64,000 nucleotides of DNA from Kiritimatiellia bacterium (GCA_031552845.1 JAVBMC010000028.1:72394-136393); one strand, 5' to 3'; positions 49,141 through 59,879 are shown, counted from the first letter of the stretch. Numbers and translations: made by a program. Notes: a model not told the origin generated them from the letters alone.

Positions 49141-49731
49141 TTAAACGTCAGGGCAGTCGCCGCCGCCGCTGATGGGGTTGATGCGCTGCCAAATGGCAAT
49201 GCGGGTATGGCCGTATTCGCGTTCGCGCAGGAGGTTCCAGCCGGGGATGTCTTCAACCCGGGCGCGGGTGGACATCTCGCCGATGAAGAGTCCGCCGGTT
49301 TTGAGGCAGTTGCCATCGGCAAGCGCTTGCATGAGGGGCGTAAAGCCAAACTCTTCCGCACGGATATAAGGCGGATCGGCAAAGACCATATCGTATTCAC
49401 GGCCGCGCCCGGCAGTCTGCACCCAGCGCAAGGCATCGCCTTGGCAGATCTCGGTACGGCAGTTCTGCGCGAGCGTTTGAACATTCTCTTTGAGGATGCT
49501 CAGGACGTACTTGTCGGCCTCGACCCACGTCACAGCACCTGCGCCACGGCTGAGGGCATCGAGTCCGAACGAGCCGGAACCGGCATACAAATCAAGCAGC
49601 ATTACGCCGGGGAGTTCATTCATGAGCATGGAAAAGACCGCCCCGCGAACTCTATCTTGAGTCGGGCGCACCTTGTCACCGCCGGGCACTTTTAATTTAC
49701 GCCCGCACCACTCTCCGCCGGATATACGCAT
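49141..49731 (-). CDS. rsmD: 16S rRNA (guanine966-N2)-methyltransferase RsmD
   Basis: RISGGEWCGRKL...LDLYAGSGSFGLDALSRGA...VFADPPY (DPPY motif). Confidence 0.85.
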   Translation of the reverse strand: MRISGGEWCGRKLKVPGGDKVRPTQDRVRGAVFSMLMNELPGVMLLDLYAGSGSFGLDALSRGAGAVTWVEADKYVLSILKENVQTLAQNCRTEICQGDALRWVQTAGRGREYDMVFADPPYIRAEEFGFTPLMQALADGNCLKTGGLFIGEMSTRARVEDIPGWNLLREREYGHTRIAIWQRINPISGGGDCPDV

Positions 49732-49798
49732 GGAGGGAGTATACCTTATTTGGGTTGAAATGTAAAGCAAACCCCGTGGCGCCGTTGACGGGAGGGGA

Positions 49799-50722
49799 TT
49801 ACTGGACGATGTAGCCGAGCTGTTTGAGGAGGAAGAAGTTCTTCATCCAGTTGGGTTCGACTTTGATCCAGATGTTGATGGTGGGCTCACAGCCGAATTG
49901 TTCGGTGATATCGTTTTCGGCTTCGCGTTTGACGTAGCGCAGGTTGCGCCCCTTGTCGCCAATGGCCATGCCTTTTTGTGCAGGGCGGTTGACGAAGACT
50001 GTGGCGTCGATCTCCCAGCGATTGCCTTGCTCGGTAATATTCTCGACGCGTACGCCGAGTTCGTGCGGGATTTCTTGAAAGAGCTTGTGGAAGAACTTCT
50101 CGCGGATGATGTCGGCAATGGCGAGCTTGCGGGGGTAGTCGGTGATGGTCTCTTCATCAAACAGGAGCTGCTCGGTCGGCAGTGCGAACTTAAAGAGGTG
50201 GTCAGCGAGCTTATCGACGTTGTCCCCTGCATGGGCGGAGGCCGTAAACCACGTGACTTCGCGGCGGTGTTCTTTTTCAACCTGAATGTCTTCCCACAGT
50301 TTCTTGTAGGGCGCGGGATCGAAACCTCTGGCATCGGATTTGTTGAGGACGAAGACGATAGGCTGTCCTTCGGCAAAGAGTACGCGGCGCATCCAGCCGT
50401 CGTCTTCAATCTGCGGAGGCTCGGCGGCATCGAATACAACCATCATGATGTCGGTGCCGGCGGCAGCTTGGCGTGCCATGCGGTTCATGATGGAGCCGAG
50501 TGCGCTCTCAGCTTTGTGCAAGCCGGGCGTATCAAGGAATACAAGCTGTCCGCGGCTGTCGGTGAGAATCCCCCGCACGAGATTGCGCGTGGTTTGTTCG
50601 ACGGGGCTGACGATGCTGACTTTCTCGCCGAGGATGCGGTTGAGCAGCGTCGACTTGCCGGAGTTGGTGCGGCCGACAATGCCGACGACCGCACAGCGCA
50701 GGGGAGTAGCAGATTGTTCCAT
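49799..50722 (-). CDS. era: GTPase Era
   Basis: G1 GRTNSGKST, G3 DTPG, NKSD, and a C-terminal KH domain. ~307 aa. Confidence 0.9.
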   Translation of the reverse strand: MEQSATPLRCAVVGIVGRTNSGKSTLLNRILGEKVSIVSPVEQTTRNLVRGILTDSRGQLVFLDTPGLHKAESALGSIMNRMARQAAAGTDIMMVVFDAAEPPQIEDDGWMRRVLFAEGQPIVFVLNKSDARGFDPAPYKKLWEDIQVEKEHRREVTWFTASAHAGDNVDKLADHLFKFALPTEQLLFDEETITDYPRKLAIADIIREKFFHKLFQEIPHELGVRVENITEQGNRWEIDATVFVNRPAQKGMAIGDKGRNLRYVKREAENDITEQFGCEPTINIWIKVEPNWMKNFFLLKQLGYIVQ

Positions 50723-50737
50723 CAAGTGTAGTCCGGC

Positions 50738-52102
50738 TTAGGGCAGTGCGCGATAGGTTTCGGCGGCGTCCGGATGGAAGTAGCGTTCCTGTCCGGTGGC
50801 GTCGAGCAGCGCATGCCACAAGTCGCTGTTGAGGTCGAGCACGTTGCGTTCGAGCGTCGCAATGCGGATTGGCACGAGCGTGTAATCGTTGTTTAGATTG
50901 CCGACGACGCAGTTGGTGCGTCCGGCCATCGCAGCATGCACGGCGGCACGGGCGAGTTGGTAACAGCGGATGGCGTCTGTGCCTTTCGCGGGCACGCTGC
51001 GGATCGAGTAACTGGGATCAAAGTATTTGACGGAGATGTTGAGATCGTGCCCTTTGAAGTGATCCATTAGGCGCATTTTGAGATAGTCGCCGATATCCTT
51101 CTTCAACACGTTGCCTGAGGCATCGCGCATTTCGGAGCCTTTGACGTGACGCTGTCCGGCGCCTTCGGCCACGACGATGACGCAATGGTCTTTACCGCCT
51201 TCAAAGCGGCGTTCGACGGCTTGCAACAGACCTTCAGGGCCGTCCATTTCGAAGTCGCTCTCAGGCACGAGGCAGAAGTTCACAACCGGATTGGCGAGTG
51301 CGGCATAGGCGGCGATGAAGCCGGAGTCGCGTCCCATCAGCTTGACGAGGCCGATGCCATTGAGCGCACCGCGTGCTTCGGTGTGGGCGGATTGGATGAT
51401 GGGCACTGCTTCGCCGACGGCGGTTTCAAATCCGAAACTGCGGCCAATGAAGTTGAGGTCGTTATCAATTGTCTTCGGGATGCCGATGACGCTGATGGCG
51501 AGTTTGCGCTTGATGCACTCTTCGGCAATATCACGGGCGCAGCGCAGTGAGCCGTCGCCGCCGATGCAGAAGAGTAAGTTGATGTTCATCCGGCACAGGG
51601 TGTCGACCATGGCTTCGGTGTCCTGCTGGCCGCGGGATGAACCAAGGATAGTGCCGCCTTGTTCATGGATGGTGTCCACGACGTCGGGGTTGAGCATCAT
51701 GGGCGTGTAACCCGATGTAGGGATGAGGCCGGCATAACCGTAACGGATGCCGTAAATGGTTTTGATGTTGTAATCAAAGGTCAACACCTCGGTCAGCCCC
51801 TTGATCACGTGGTTGAGTCCGGGGCAGAGTCCGCCGGCAGTCACGATTGCCGCACGCGACCATGCGGGGTCGTGATAGATTTTGCGATGGGCGCCGGCGC
51901 GTTCAAAGCTCGGCGGCTCAGCGAGGACTTGGATGGTTTTCTTGACGTAAGCAACGCGCACGGAGAGCAGCGAGCGCTCGCCGTCATCAAGGAAATCACG
52001 GCGCTGCAAAGGCGAATCAATCTTGCAAGGCCCCAGCTCTTGTACATTAAAATTGAACTTGTCAGGCTGTTCCAAAATACGGGTGTACAATGACGATGAC
52101 AT
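50738..52102 (-). CDS. pfk: 6-phosphofructokinase (ATP/PPi-dependent PFK family)
   Basis: GGDGS motif (IGGDGSLRCA), MGR motif, PKTIDNDL. The start is set at MSSSLYT with RBS gggggag. Confidence 0.85.
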   Translation of the reverse strand: MSSSLYTRILEQPDKFNFNVQELGPCKIDSPLQRRDFLDDGERSLLSVRVAYVKKTIQVLAEPPSFERAGAHRKIYHDPAWSRAAIVTAGGLCPGLNHVIKGLTEVLTFDYNIKTIYGIRYGYAGLIPTSGYTPMMLNPDVVDTIHEQGGTILGSSRGQQDTEAMVDTLCRMNINLLFCIGGDGSLRCARDIAEECIKRKLAISVIGIPKTIDNDLNFIGRSFGFETAVGEAVPIIQSAHTEARGALNGIGLVKLMGRDSGFIAAYAALANPVVNFCLVPESDFEMDGPEGLLQAVERRFEGGKDHCVIVVAEGAGQRHVKGSEMRDASGNVLKKDIGDYLKMRLMDHFKGHDLNISVKYFDPSYSIRSVPAKGTDAIRCYQLARAAVHAAMAGRTNCVVGNLNNDYTLVPIRIATLERNVLDLNSDLWHALLDATGQERYFHPDAAETYRALP

Positions 52103-52194
52103 ACTATTTCTCCCCCATGTTGCTAAGACGTCAGTATACCGAGACACCCTCGGCGAATCAAGATTAAAACGCCCGCCCGGCCGATTTGACCGGG

Positions 52195-53562
52195 TTAGGT
52201 CTTTGCATTCTTCACGAATGCGTTGTAAAGCGTGCGCACCGCTTTTTCGCGCTGATCGGAACGCACGCCGAACATCATGCTGATCTCAGAAGAACCTTGG
52301 TTCATCATCTCGATGTTGATGTTCGCCTGCGCCAACGCGGCAGTTGCGCGAGCGGCCATGCCGGGCGTGTAGTAGAGGCCTTCGCCCACAACCATGATCA
52401 GCGCATAACCGCGCTCGACGAGCAGATTGTCCGGCTTGAGTTCATACGACACGCGGTCGAACACGCGGCGCTCTTTCTCCACCGGGAAGCTGTCTTCACG
52501 GATGATGACCGAGATGTTGTCGATGCCGGAGGGCATGTGCTCATACGACACGCCTTCATCTTCCAATATCTGCAACAGACGGCGCCCGAAGCCGATCTCG
52601 CGGTTCATCATATACTTGTCGATGAACAGATTGCTGAACCCCGAACCGCTCGCAATACCCACTACGCCGCCGCGTTCCGCCACGCGGTGACGCACAATCA
52701 TCGTGCCGGGTTGGTCAGGACGGTTGGTGTTGCGGATGTTGATCGGGATGCCTGCATGCACGACCGGCACAACAGCCTCGTCATGAAACACACCAAAGCC
52801 GGAATACGACAGCTCGCGCATCTCGCGGTACGTCATTTCCTCAATACCCTCGGTGACGTCCGGCACAATGCGCGGGTCAACCGGATAGACGTTGTCGACG
52901 TCGGTAAAGTTTTCATACACATCCGCCTTCAACGCAGCCGCCAAAATCGCGCCGGTGATGTCTGACCCGCCGCGTGGGAAGGTCGCCACTTTGCCGGAGT
53001 GCGTGTAACCGAAGAACCCGGGATAGATCACGATGCAGGGGATGTCCTTCAAATAATCGTTGAGCTTCTGATAAGACTCCGGCAGCAGCTGTGCCGCGCC
53101 GAATTCTTCGGAGAGCGTCATGCCGGAATCTTTCGGCGAGACGTATTGTGCATCAACACCGCGCGCACGGAACGCCGCCGCGACGATACGTGCGGAGTTG
53201 TCTTCGCCTGCGGCCTTCATGGAATCCATGAACATGCCGTGGTGGCGCTTGTCACCTGCCAAGCGGGCACGCAAGTCGGTCTCAATCTCCTCCAGCACGC
53301 CGAGCTCTAAACCCAAGCCGCGCTGGATGACTGCGTACCGTTCCACGAGCGCCGCGATATCCTCATCGGTGTTTTCCTTAGCCAATGCTTTCGTCGCGCA
53401 AGCAATCAGCATATCGGTGACTTTGGTGTCGGAGCGATTGCGCTTGCCGGGGGCGGAAACCACCACCACGCGCCGTGAAGGGTCGGAGAGAACGATGTCG
53501 CAGATCTTCGAGACCTGCACATCATCTGCAACAGAAGAACCACCGAACTTACAAACTTTCAT
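52195..53562 (-). CDS. lysC: Aspartate kinase
   Basis: MKVCKFGGSSVADD... (amino-acid kinase N-terminus). C-terminal ACT domains. RBS aagaggtga. Confidence 0.9.
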   Translation of the reverse strand: MKVCKFGGSSVADDVQVSKICDIVLSDPSRRVVVVSAPGKRNRSDTKVTDMLIACATKALAKENTDEDIAALVERYAVIQRGLGLELGVLEEIETDLRARLAGDKRHHGMFMDSMKAAGEDNSARIVAAAFRARGVDAQYVSPKDSGMTLSEEFGAAQLLPESYQKLNDYLKDIPCIVIYPGFFGYTHSGKVATFPRGGSDITGAILAAALKADVYENFTDVDNVYPVDPRIVPDVTEGIEEMTYREMRELSYSGFGVFHDEAVVPVVHAGIPINIRNTNRPDQPGTMIVRHRVAERGGVVGIASGSGFSNLFIDKYMMNREIGFGRRLLQILEDEGVSYEHMPSGIDNISVIIREDSFPVEKERRVFDRVSYELKPDNLLVERGYALIMVVGEGLYYTPGMAARATAALAQANINIEMMNQGSSEISMMFGVRSDQREKAVRTLYNAFVKNAKT

Positions 53563-53586
53563 ACGTCACCTCTTGCTTCAAATCAC

Positions 53587-54888
53587 TTACAGAACCCGCA
53601 GCACCACCGGCTCGCCATCAATAATGCCGGCCGCTTGAATCGCCGCCAGCGCGGCAGCCATGTCAGCCTCACGCGCGGTATTCGTCAACACCACCACCGG
53701 CTGGAACTCGCAAGCATCCTCCGCTTGTCCCTCGCGCTGCATCACGGCCTTGATGCTCACACCCTTGCCGCCGAGCAGCGTGGTGAGCTGTCCCATCATG
53801 CCTGCTTTATCGCGCAGCATCACGCGCAGATAGAAACGGCTGGAGCACGCGCTCTCTTCCCGCATGCGCGGTGCGGTGCGTTCTTCCTTCGCTAGCGCGC
53901 GCTTGTGGCGCGCCTTGCCGGCGCAGAGGTTGCGGGCGATGTCGGCAATGTCACCAATCACCGTCGAAGCGGTCGGCTCACGCCCGGCACCACGGCCATA
54001 ATAAAGCGTCTCGCCGCTCATATCGCCATTCACCAGTGCGGCGTTGAATACGTTCGACACCGAAGCAAGCATGTTGCCGTGCGGCACGAGCGTCGGATGT
54101 ACGCGCACCTCGGTCTCGTCACCCTCGCGGCGGATCATTGCCAATAACTTGATGCGGTAACCCAACTCGGCGGCATACTTCACGTCGATGCCTGCAAGGT
54201 TACGGATACCGGAGACAGACACGCGGTCGAGCGGCACATGAAAACCATACGCGAGCGATGCCAAGATCGCCGCCTTGTGCCCGGTGTCCCACCCATCAAT
54301 ATCCAGCGTCGGGTCGGCCTCGGCATAACCCGCCTTCTGTGCGGCGTCGAGCACCACGTCAAACGGCAAACCCTCATTCTCCATGCGCGTGAGGATGTAG
54401 TTGCACGTGCCATTGAGAATCCCGTAAATGGAATGAATATCGTTACCCGCCAAACCCTCACGCAGCACGCGGATGATCGGAATGCCGCCGCCCACGCTCG
54501 CGCCAAAGTAAATGTCGACGCCCTTACGTTCAGCCAGCGAGAAGATCTCCTCGCCATATTCCGCCAACAACTTCTTATTTGCCGTCACGACCGACTTGCC
54601 GGCTTCAATAGCGGCGATGATGAGCTTCTTGGCAATCCCGGTACCGCCAATCAGTTCGACAATAATCTGAATCGACGGGTCAGCAATCACCGCCATCGCA
54701 TCGGTCGTCAGTAGTTTTGAATCAATCGCCACGCCGCGGTCGGTCGTGATATCAAGGTCGGCAATCGCGCGCAACTCCACTGTCGCGCCCAGACGCCGCT
54801 CCAGCAACGCACGGTTCTTCAACAACCCCTGCGCCACGCCGGCCCCAACCGTCCCGAAACCCAAAATTCCAACGCCGATGCTCTTCAT
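53587..54888 (-). CDS. hom: Homoserine dehydrogenase
   Basis: MKSIGVGILGFGTVGAGVAQGL (NAD-binding), ...TANKKLLAEYGEEI..., C-terminal ACT domain. Start at the internal Met with RBS aggagc. Extended -10 TGtTATACT promoter. Confidence 0.9.
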   Translation of the reverse strand: MKSIGVGILGFGTVGAGVAQGLLKNRALLERRLGATVELRAIADLDITTDRGVAIDSKLLTTDAMAVIADPSIQIIVELIGGTGIAKKLIIAAIEAGKSVVTANKKLLAEYGEEIFSLAERKGVDIYFGASVGGGIPIIRVLREGLAGNDIHSIYGILNGTCNYILTRMENEGLPFDVVLDAAQKAGYAEADPTLDIDGWDTGHKAAILASLAYGFHVPLDRVSVSGIRNLAGIDVKYAAELGYRIKLLAMIRREGDETEVRVHPTLVPHGNMLASVSNVFNAALVNGDMSGETLYYGRGAGREPTASTVIGDIADIARNLCAGKARHKRALAKEERTAPRMREESACSSRFYLRVMLRDKAGMMGQLTTLLGGKGVSIKAVMQREGQAEDACEFQPVVVLTNTAREADMAAALAAIQAAGIIDGEPVVLRVL

Positions 54889-55146
54889 ACCTGCTCCTAC
54901 AACACAAAAGGCAACAAGTATAACAAAACTCCCCCCACAAAGCCACCAAAACACCACCCCCGTGCCAAAAAACAAGCCCACTTTACCGATGGTACGCCAG
55001 ACCACCTGATTTCCCCCTGTCACCGCCTGCTTCCTGAAACAGATTGCGGCTTCTGTTTCGCCGCCTTATACGCCGTTTATTGTCTGCAAGACCTTCCCTT
55101 TTCGCTGCCTTCTCGACTCCTTTTCGCATCACACCTACGATCGGAG

Positions 55147-55215
55147 TCTCATTCCCTCTAGGATGCGAGTCCCATCCTCTCTACAATGCGGGTCCCATCG
55201 TCTCTACAATGCGAC
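55147..55215. repeat. Three tandem 23-bp repeats (CTCTAcaATGCGrgTCCCATCsT) flanked by an inverted repeat
   Basis: Units ctctaggatgcgagtcccatcct, ctctacaatgcgggtcccatcgt and ctctacaatgcgactctcatcct. cctctaggatgcgagtc (55146) pairs with gactctcatcctagagg (55210) as an inverted repeat. Confidence 0.7.
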
Positions 55216-55266
55216 TCTCATCCTAGAGGCACTCCAGTCACACTGCAAAAACACCTCAGCCGACAG

Positions 55267-55295
55267 ACTCCCTTTTCTTGCAAGTCAGATTTGTT
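55267..55295 (+). promoter_or_regulatory. Sigma70-like promoter (-35 TTGCAA, 17 bp, -10 TAGACT) for the 55338 gene
   Basis: cttgcaagtcagatttgtttgtgctagactg lies ~45 nt upstream of the ATG. Confidence 0.45.
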
Positions 55296-55337
55296 TGTGC
55301 TAGACTGTTGCGAAATTGGACAGAAAGACCTCCGACC

Positions 55338-56453
55338 ATGCGACGCAATCCCATCATTAATTTCTTGCGCGAATACGGCCCGTTCCTCCTGTTGGGTGCA
55401 GTTCTCGGGCTTCCGCTTGCGTATCTGACACACCGCTTGACCACCAACCGGGCTCTCGAAAAGGAAATCGCTGAGCTGAAAGAAAACGTAGCCGCCAAAG
55501 CTGAGGCTATTGAAAACATCAAAGCCCGCTACGCCGCGACAGATGACCAGCTGAAACGCTTGGAGAAATATCCCTCCGAGCAAATCGTCTGCCTGGCGAT
55601 TGAAGATCAGGATGGCTCCTCCGTCACACAAGCCGTTGCAGATGTCACCCTCTATATGGCCGATCGCAGCGCCATCCGCGAAACCCAAACCGCAACCAAC
55701 GGCGTCTGCCTCTTCCGTGCCACAACTCCGCTGGCGATCGCCTACACCATTACACATGGCAGCTATTACACCACCAAAGGCCATCAAGCCTTCAACGGAA
55801 CTCCCCTCAACTACTACGACCCCGCACTCCTCTACGGACGCAAGCTCACCCTCCAGCTCAAAAAGAAAAACACGCCCGTCCCCCACTACGCCAAACACGT
55901 CCGCGTCGAACTCCCCGACAACAACCGCCCCGTCGGCTTCGACCTCCAAGCCGGCGACCTCGTCGCGCCCTACGGCAAAGGCAGCATTGCCGACCTCACC
56001 CTCTGCTACCATACCGATACCACGCCCGAACCCCAAGAAGTCACCTCCAACACGCTCACCTTCGCCGTCGCCCATGGCGGATTCCAAACACAATCAGGCG
56101 ATACCTGGAGCGAACTGCGCACCTCCTCCCGCGCGCCCTCCGGTGGCTACACCCCCAACTGGACATTGACGCGCATCTGGCAAAGCGAAAAGCTCACCAA
56201 GGACGACTACCTCCCCACGGCCTCCTACATCGCCTTCTGCGTTCCCGCGCGTGAAACCTCTGCCGATGGTTCCCTCAACTACGGCAAAATCTACGGCCCC
56301 ATCAGCTACGCCAACGCCCTCGGCGACGCCAGCGGCGGAGTCGTCAACTTCACCTACTACTACAACCCCGCGCCCGGCGACCGCACCATCGAATTCGCTC
56401 CCTCCGCCAACCTCCTCAAAGACGGCTACCGCACCCGCATCAGCGAACCCTAA
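55338..56453 (+). CDS. Membrane-anchored hypothetical protein (N-terminal TM, coiled coil)
   Basis: Start at the internal Met MRRNPIINFLREYGPFLLLGAVLGLPLAYL. 372 aa with no recognisable domain. Confidence 0.55.
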   Translation: MRRNPIINFLREYGPFLLLGAVLGLPLAYLTHRLTTNRALEKEIAELKENVAAKAEAIENIKARYAATDDQLKRLEKYPSEQIVCLAIEDQDGSSVTQAVADVTLYMADRSAIRETQTATNGVCLFRATTPLAIAYTITHGSYYTTKGHQAFNGTPLNYYDPALLYGRKLTLQLKKKNTPVPHYAKHVRVELPDNNRPVGFDLQAGDLVAPYGKGSIADLTLCYHTDTTPEPQEVTSNTLTFAVAHGGFQTQSGDTWSELRTSSRAPSGGYTPNWTLTRIWQSEKLTKDDYLPTASYIAFCVPARETSADGSLNYGKIYGPISYANALGDASGGVVNFTYYYNPAPGDRTIEFAPSANLLKDGYRTRISEP

Positions 56454-56478
56454 TCACCGTCACCCGAGAGGACCGCCC

Positions 56479-58512
56479 ATGACAAAACCATCACAACACA
56501 TTTCCACGCCATCGCTCCTCTCTGCGCTCGGCAAAGTAATATGCTCTAAGCGTAAAGCCGCTTATTGGATTTATCTGCTGCTTTTCGGCGGACTGTGGTG
56601 CCTGTTGCGATTGCCGTGGATTGATTGTGATGGCGGCGTGCCCTCCATCTGGGAATACGGCTACTTTGTGACCGACGAAGGCTACTACCTCAGCGGCGGC
56701 AAAGAGAAATACTTATTCGGCCATTTCGTCGATATGCTCCGCCACGAATCCTTTTCCTACGGATTCTCAGCCGGCACGCACATCCTCAGCTGGCTAGCGC
56801 ATCTTGCATTCGGACTCTCCGCCTGGAAGTGGCGCATTCCATTCCTGCTCATCAACTTCACCGCGTGGACAGCGCTCTTCACATTTACGGCCAAGCGTAC
56901 CCGCCCACTCTTCGCCTTCCTCACTTGCGCCGCAGTCTCCTGCACGCCACTGCTGATCGCCTACGAACGCACCGCCAGCAACGACGTACTCATCGCCTCC
57001 CTGCTTGTCTTAGCGTATGTTATCGCAACCGGCAGGAAATGGTGGATGATTCCAATTGCGGCACTGATTGCCTGCTCCATTGTCCTCGTCAAGCCCTCCG
57101 TTTATGTGCTGCTGCCGATTGTGCTTTGCGGCATACTCACACGCCGTAAACTCAACTGCCGCTGGCAAGATGTGTTGGTGTTTGCAGGCTCCTGTGCCAT
57201 TGCCTTGCTGCTCTACAAATACTTGCTGCATGCGCTCGTCCGCAGCGATGCCGCAGCCTGCGGAATCACAACCGCTGAACTGATACGTCAAACAACGACC
57301 CACTATCCGCTACCGAACCTGCTGGACATTCCCGGCTTGCTCAAAGGCCTCGCAGCATTTCCCCGCACACCGGCAAACATCCTGCTCGGCGTTTGGACTG
57401 TTGTAATTGTCGTCTGCCCCATCGCCATGTTCCTGCGCCGTCTGGTGTCCGATAAAATACAGCGCCTGAATTACAGGATGCTGCTCTATCTGACCATTCC
57501 GGCCTATGCTGCGGCTGTGAGCATCATGAACACGCTCTATACGCACTACTACATTCCACTGCTTATGATGATTCCCGTTCTTTGGACAGAAATGCGTTTA
57601 GACCTGCGCCGCTATTCCGATGGCCCGCAACGGCTATGGATCAGATTTGGAATCGCTGCGACAACGCTAGCATTGATTGGCGTCGGGCTGGCTATCGTCG
57701 CGGAGCTCAAGGCCAACCCGCAAGAAGTACAACCCTACTTCTCGCAGATTTACAACCTGCCCGCCAAGAACGTCTGGGGGCTGACTTGGCCTTATTTTCT
57801 CAGCTTTGGCGCGCTGTTGCTTTGCGCAGGTTTCTTCTTAGGACGCAAACAACAGCGTTTGCTTGTTTTTTGCGCCTTCGCTGCGGCCGCCTTCGGATGC
57901 CTGAGCGTCAGCTTCGCAACACTCCCGGCATTCTTTCTTGCACCATTCATCAAGCAGCAAGCAGGCGATTATTTAGGCTGCATCACGGCAGTTCTCATTG
58001 CAGGGATCGTGCTCATTTTCATCATATTCTATTTCTCCCGCTTCATGTCATCCACACGACGCTGGTTCTACCTGTTGCCCATTTTATTTATATTTTCAGT
58101 GATAGCCTGTCCCCACTGGCAGCAAAGCATAGGCGAACTATTACGCCCCGGGATGCATCATCAAGAAAAAGCGGTTGCCGAATTCATGCGGCTGCTCCCC
58201 CCCAATGCAATCGTCATCGGCGAACGTTCCAACCACCTCTTCCTCTCTACTCCAATCCGTACGGCAACCACATTCGCCCACAACAGCGACCCGACAACCA
58301 TCATCAAGGCGGCCTATAAGAAAGACCCCACGACCCCCTTATTCGCTCTTGTCGATTCTCAGCACACCTATTGCCTCCAGCATTACAAAAAAGCGCAAAA
58401 CTGGTGCATGCTCACTCCTCTTACAAAAGTCCGCCTTCCCTCATGCGGAGATGCCCGCCTCATTGATATCCACCTCTGCACCATCCGCATAACCAAACAG
58501 CCCCCGGATTAA
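56479..58512 (+). CDS. Polytopic membrane glycosyltransferase, GT-C fold (GT39/ArnT/PMT-like)
   Basis: ~677 aa with >10 TM helices. First-loop acidic motif FVTDEGYY. The start is set at the ATG at 56479. The upstream in-frame part of the ORF is low-complexity and overlaps the previous gene. Confidence 0.5.
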   Translation: MTKPSQHISTPSLLSALGKVICSKRKAAYWIYLLLFGGLWCLLRLPWIDCDGGVPSIWEYGYFVTDEGYYLSGGKEKYLFGHFVDMLRHESFSYGFSAGTHILSWLAHLAFGLSAWKWRIPFLLINFTAWTALFTFTAKRTRPLFAFLTCAAVSCTPLLIAYERTASNDVLIASLLVLAYVIATGRKWWMIPIAALIACSIVLVKPSVYVLLPIVLCGILTRRKLNCRWQDVLVFAGSCAIALLLYKYLLHALVRSDAAACGITTAELIRQTTTHYPLPNLLDIPGLLKGLAAFPRTPANILLGVWTVVIVVCPIAMFLRRLVSDKIQRLNYRMLLYLTIPAYAAAVSIMNTLYTHYYIPLLMMIPVLWTEMRLDLRRYSDGPQRLWIRFGIAATTLALIGVGLAIVAELKANPQEVQPYFSQIYNLPAKNVWGLTWPYFLSFGALLLCAGFFLGRKQQRLLVFCAFAAAAFGCLSVSFATLPAFFLAPFIKQQAGDYLGCITAVLIAGIVLIFIIFYFSRFMSSTRRWFYLLPILFIFSVIACPHWQQSIGELLRPGMHHQEKAVAEFMRLLPPNAIVIGERSNHLFLSTPIRTATTFAHNSDPTTIIKAAYKKDPTTPLFALVDSQHTYCLQHYKKAQNWCMLTPLTKVRLPSCGDARLIDIHLCTIRITKQPPD

Positions 58513-59777
58513 ACATCTAAGATATTCAACACATTCCGAGCCATGGTCGATGCGGTGAAATGTTGGGCGGCGGAGCGGGCTTCGCTGGAGAGACGGTTGT
58601 GCAGGGGTTGGTCTGCAAGGAGTTGTTCGAGATGCAGTAGCAAGGCTTCTGGATTGGTTGTGTCGTAAAGGAGTCCACCCCCGTGCTGGGTGATGATTTC
58701 GGTGAAGGCGCCGTGGTTGGGCAGGATGACGGGGACTCCGGCGGCGAAGGCTTCGATGAGGTAGAGGCCAAAGGCTTCCGGCTGGCGGGTGGGCACGCTG
58801 AACACGGTCAGCGATTGCAGCAGGCGGATCTTCTCCTCACGCGACACGTTGGGATGGAACGTTGCATCTGCCTCATATCCCGCGGCGGCAATGCGCGTTT
58901 GGATGTCATTCACAAATTCCTCATCTGCGGGCGTCATGCTGCCGCCAATCATCAAGCGCAACTGTTGTGAGGGATTGCGCCGGCGGTAAGCGATATATGC
59001 CTCCACCAGCACATCGACTCCCTTGTCCGGCGTCATGCGCGCAAAGTAACCGAGCACCGGCACATCAGGGGCAGTGGCTTGTGCAAAGTCTGCAACGTTC
59101 AGCCCGCACGGCACGACATGAATGCAATCCGCCGGCAGTTCTAAACGCTCCTCCATCATATCCGCATAATAACGGCTGGGGGCAATCAGCACATCCACCG
59201 TGGTAGCATGTTCGCGTAGCACACCCCAGCACAACGAACGGAAAGGCTCCGGCAGCGCATCCAAGAATGCATCCTCACCCGCCAGAAAGCACACGGTTCG
59301 CGCAGGCAAACGCTGCTTCAGCTCCGGATGAATCCCCAACAGCAATGCGTTGGAATAACACACCGCATCGGGCGCGTGTTCGGCTAGCCAATCCGCCAAG
59401 GGCGCCAGCTCGCGGGCTTGATTGCCCTCTTGGCCGCGTAGCATCGAGAGTGTCATGGGACCGAGCTTGGCAGGCGCGGTTGTTGCGGCAAACTTCCCCG
59501 CCCAGCGCAGCAGCGCACGTGCATTCAACAGCTTCTTAAACCATTGCGGCATCCACCGCCACAACGCCGAATGCTGTTCCAAGTAAACATTCACCCCGCC
59601 ATAGAACACCGGTGCATCCGCACTCTCATCCGGCTCATCGAGCGTGAGCGGCAGATATAAAGGCAGCAGGCTGGCATCATGTCCTGCTTCACGCAGCGTA
59701 CGCACAAACGCATTGTCCCGCAGACAGTTTCCGCAGTACATCATTCCCGCGCCGGGTGTCAGTTGGATAATACGCAT
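58509..59777 (-). CDS. Glycosyltransferase family 4 (GT-B, group 1)
   Basis: C-terminal GT1 signature ...VFSVPTRQPEAFGLYLIEAFAAGVPVILPNHGAFTEII... (the EX7E region). Start at MRIIQLTPGAG. Confidence 0.8.
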   Translation of the reverse strand: MRIIQLTPGAGMMYCGNCLRDNAFVRTLREAGHDASLLPLYLPLTLDEPDESADAPVFYGGVNVYLEQHSALWRWMPQWFKKLLNARALLRWAGKFAATTAPAKLGPMTLSMLRGQEGNQARELAPLADWLAEHAPDAVCYSNALLLGIHPELKQRLPARTVCFLAGEDAFLDALPEPFRSLCWGVLREHATTVDVLIAPSRYYADMMEERLELPADCIHVVPCGLNVADFAQATAPDVPVLGYFARMTPDKGVDVLVEAYIAYRRRNPSQQLRLMIGGSMTPADEEFVNDIQTRIAAAGYEADATFHPNVSREEKIRLLQSLTVFSVPTRQPEAFGLYLIEAFAAGVPVILPNHGAFTEIITQHGGGLLYDTTNPEALLLHLEQLLADQPLHNRLSSEARSAAQHFTASTMARNVLNILDV

Positions 59778-59827
59778 AACGAATGTTCCCGTGCTGTACA
59801 GTCTAACATATTCCACCCGCCACGCCA

Positions 59828-59860
59828 AACAAAAACGCCGCCTCCTGACCGGAAGCGGCG
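59828..59860 (-). terminator. Rho-independent terminator after PEP-CTERM gene A
   Basis: The minus strand reads cgccgcttccggtcaggaggcggcgtttttg. Confidence 0.65.
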
Positions 59861-59879
59861 TATAAATTCAAACAGCCGG

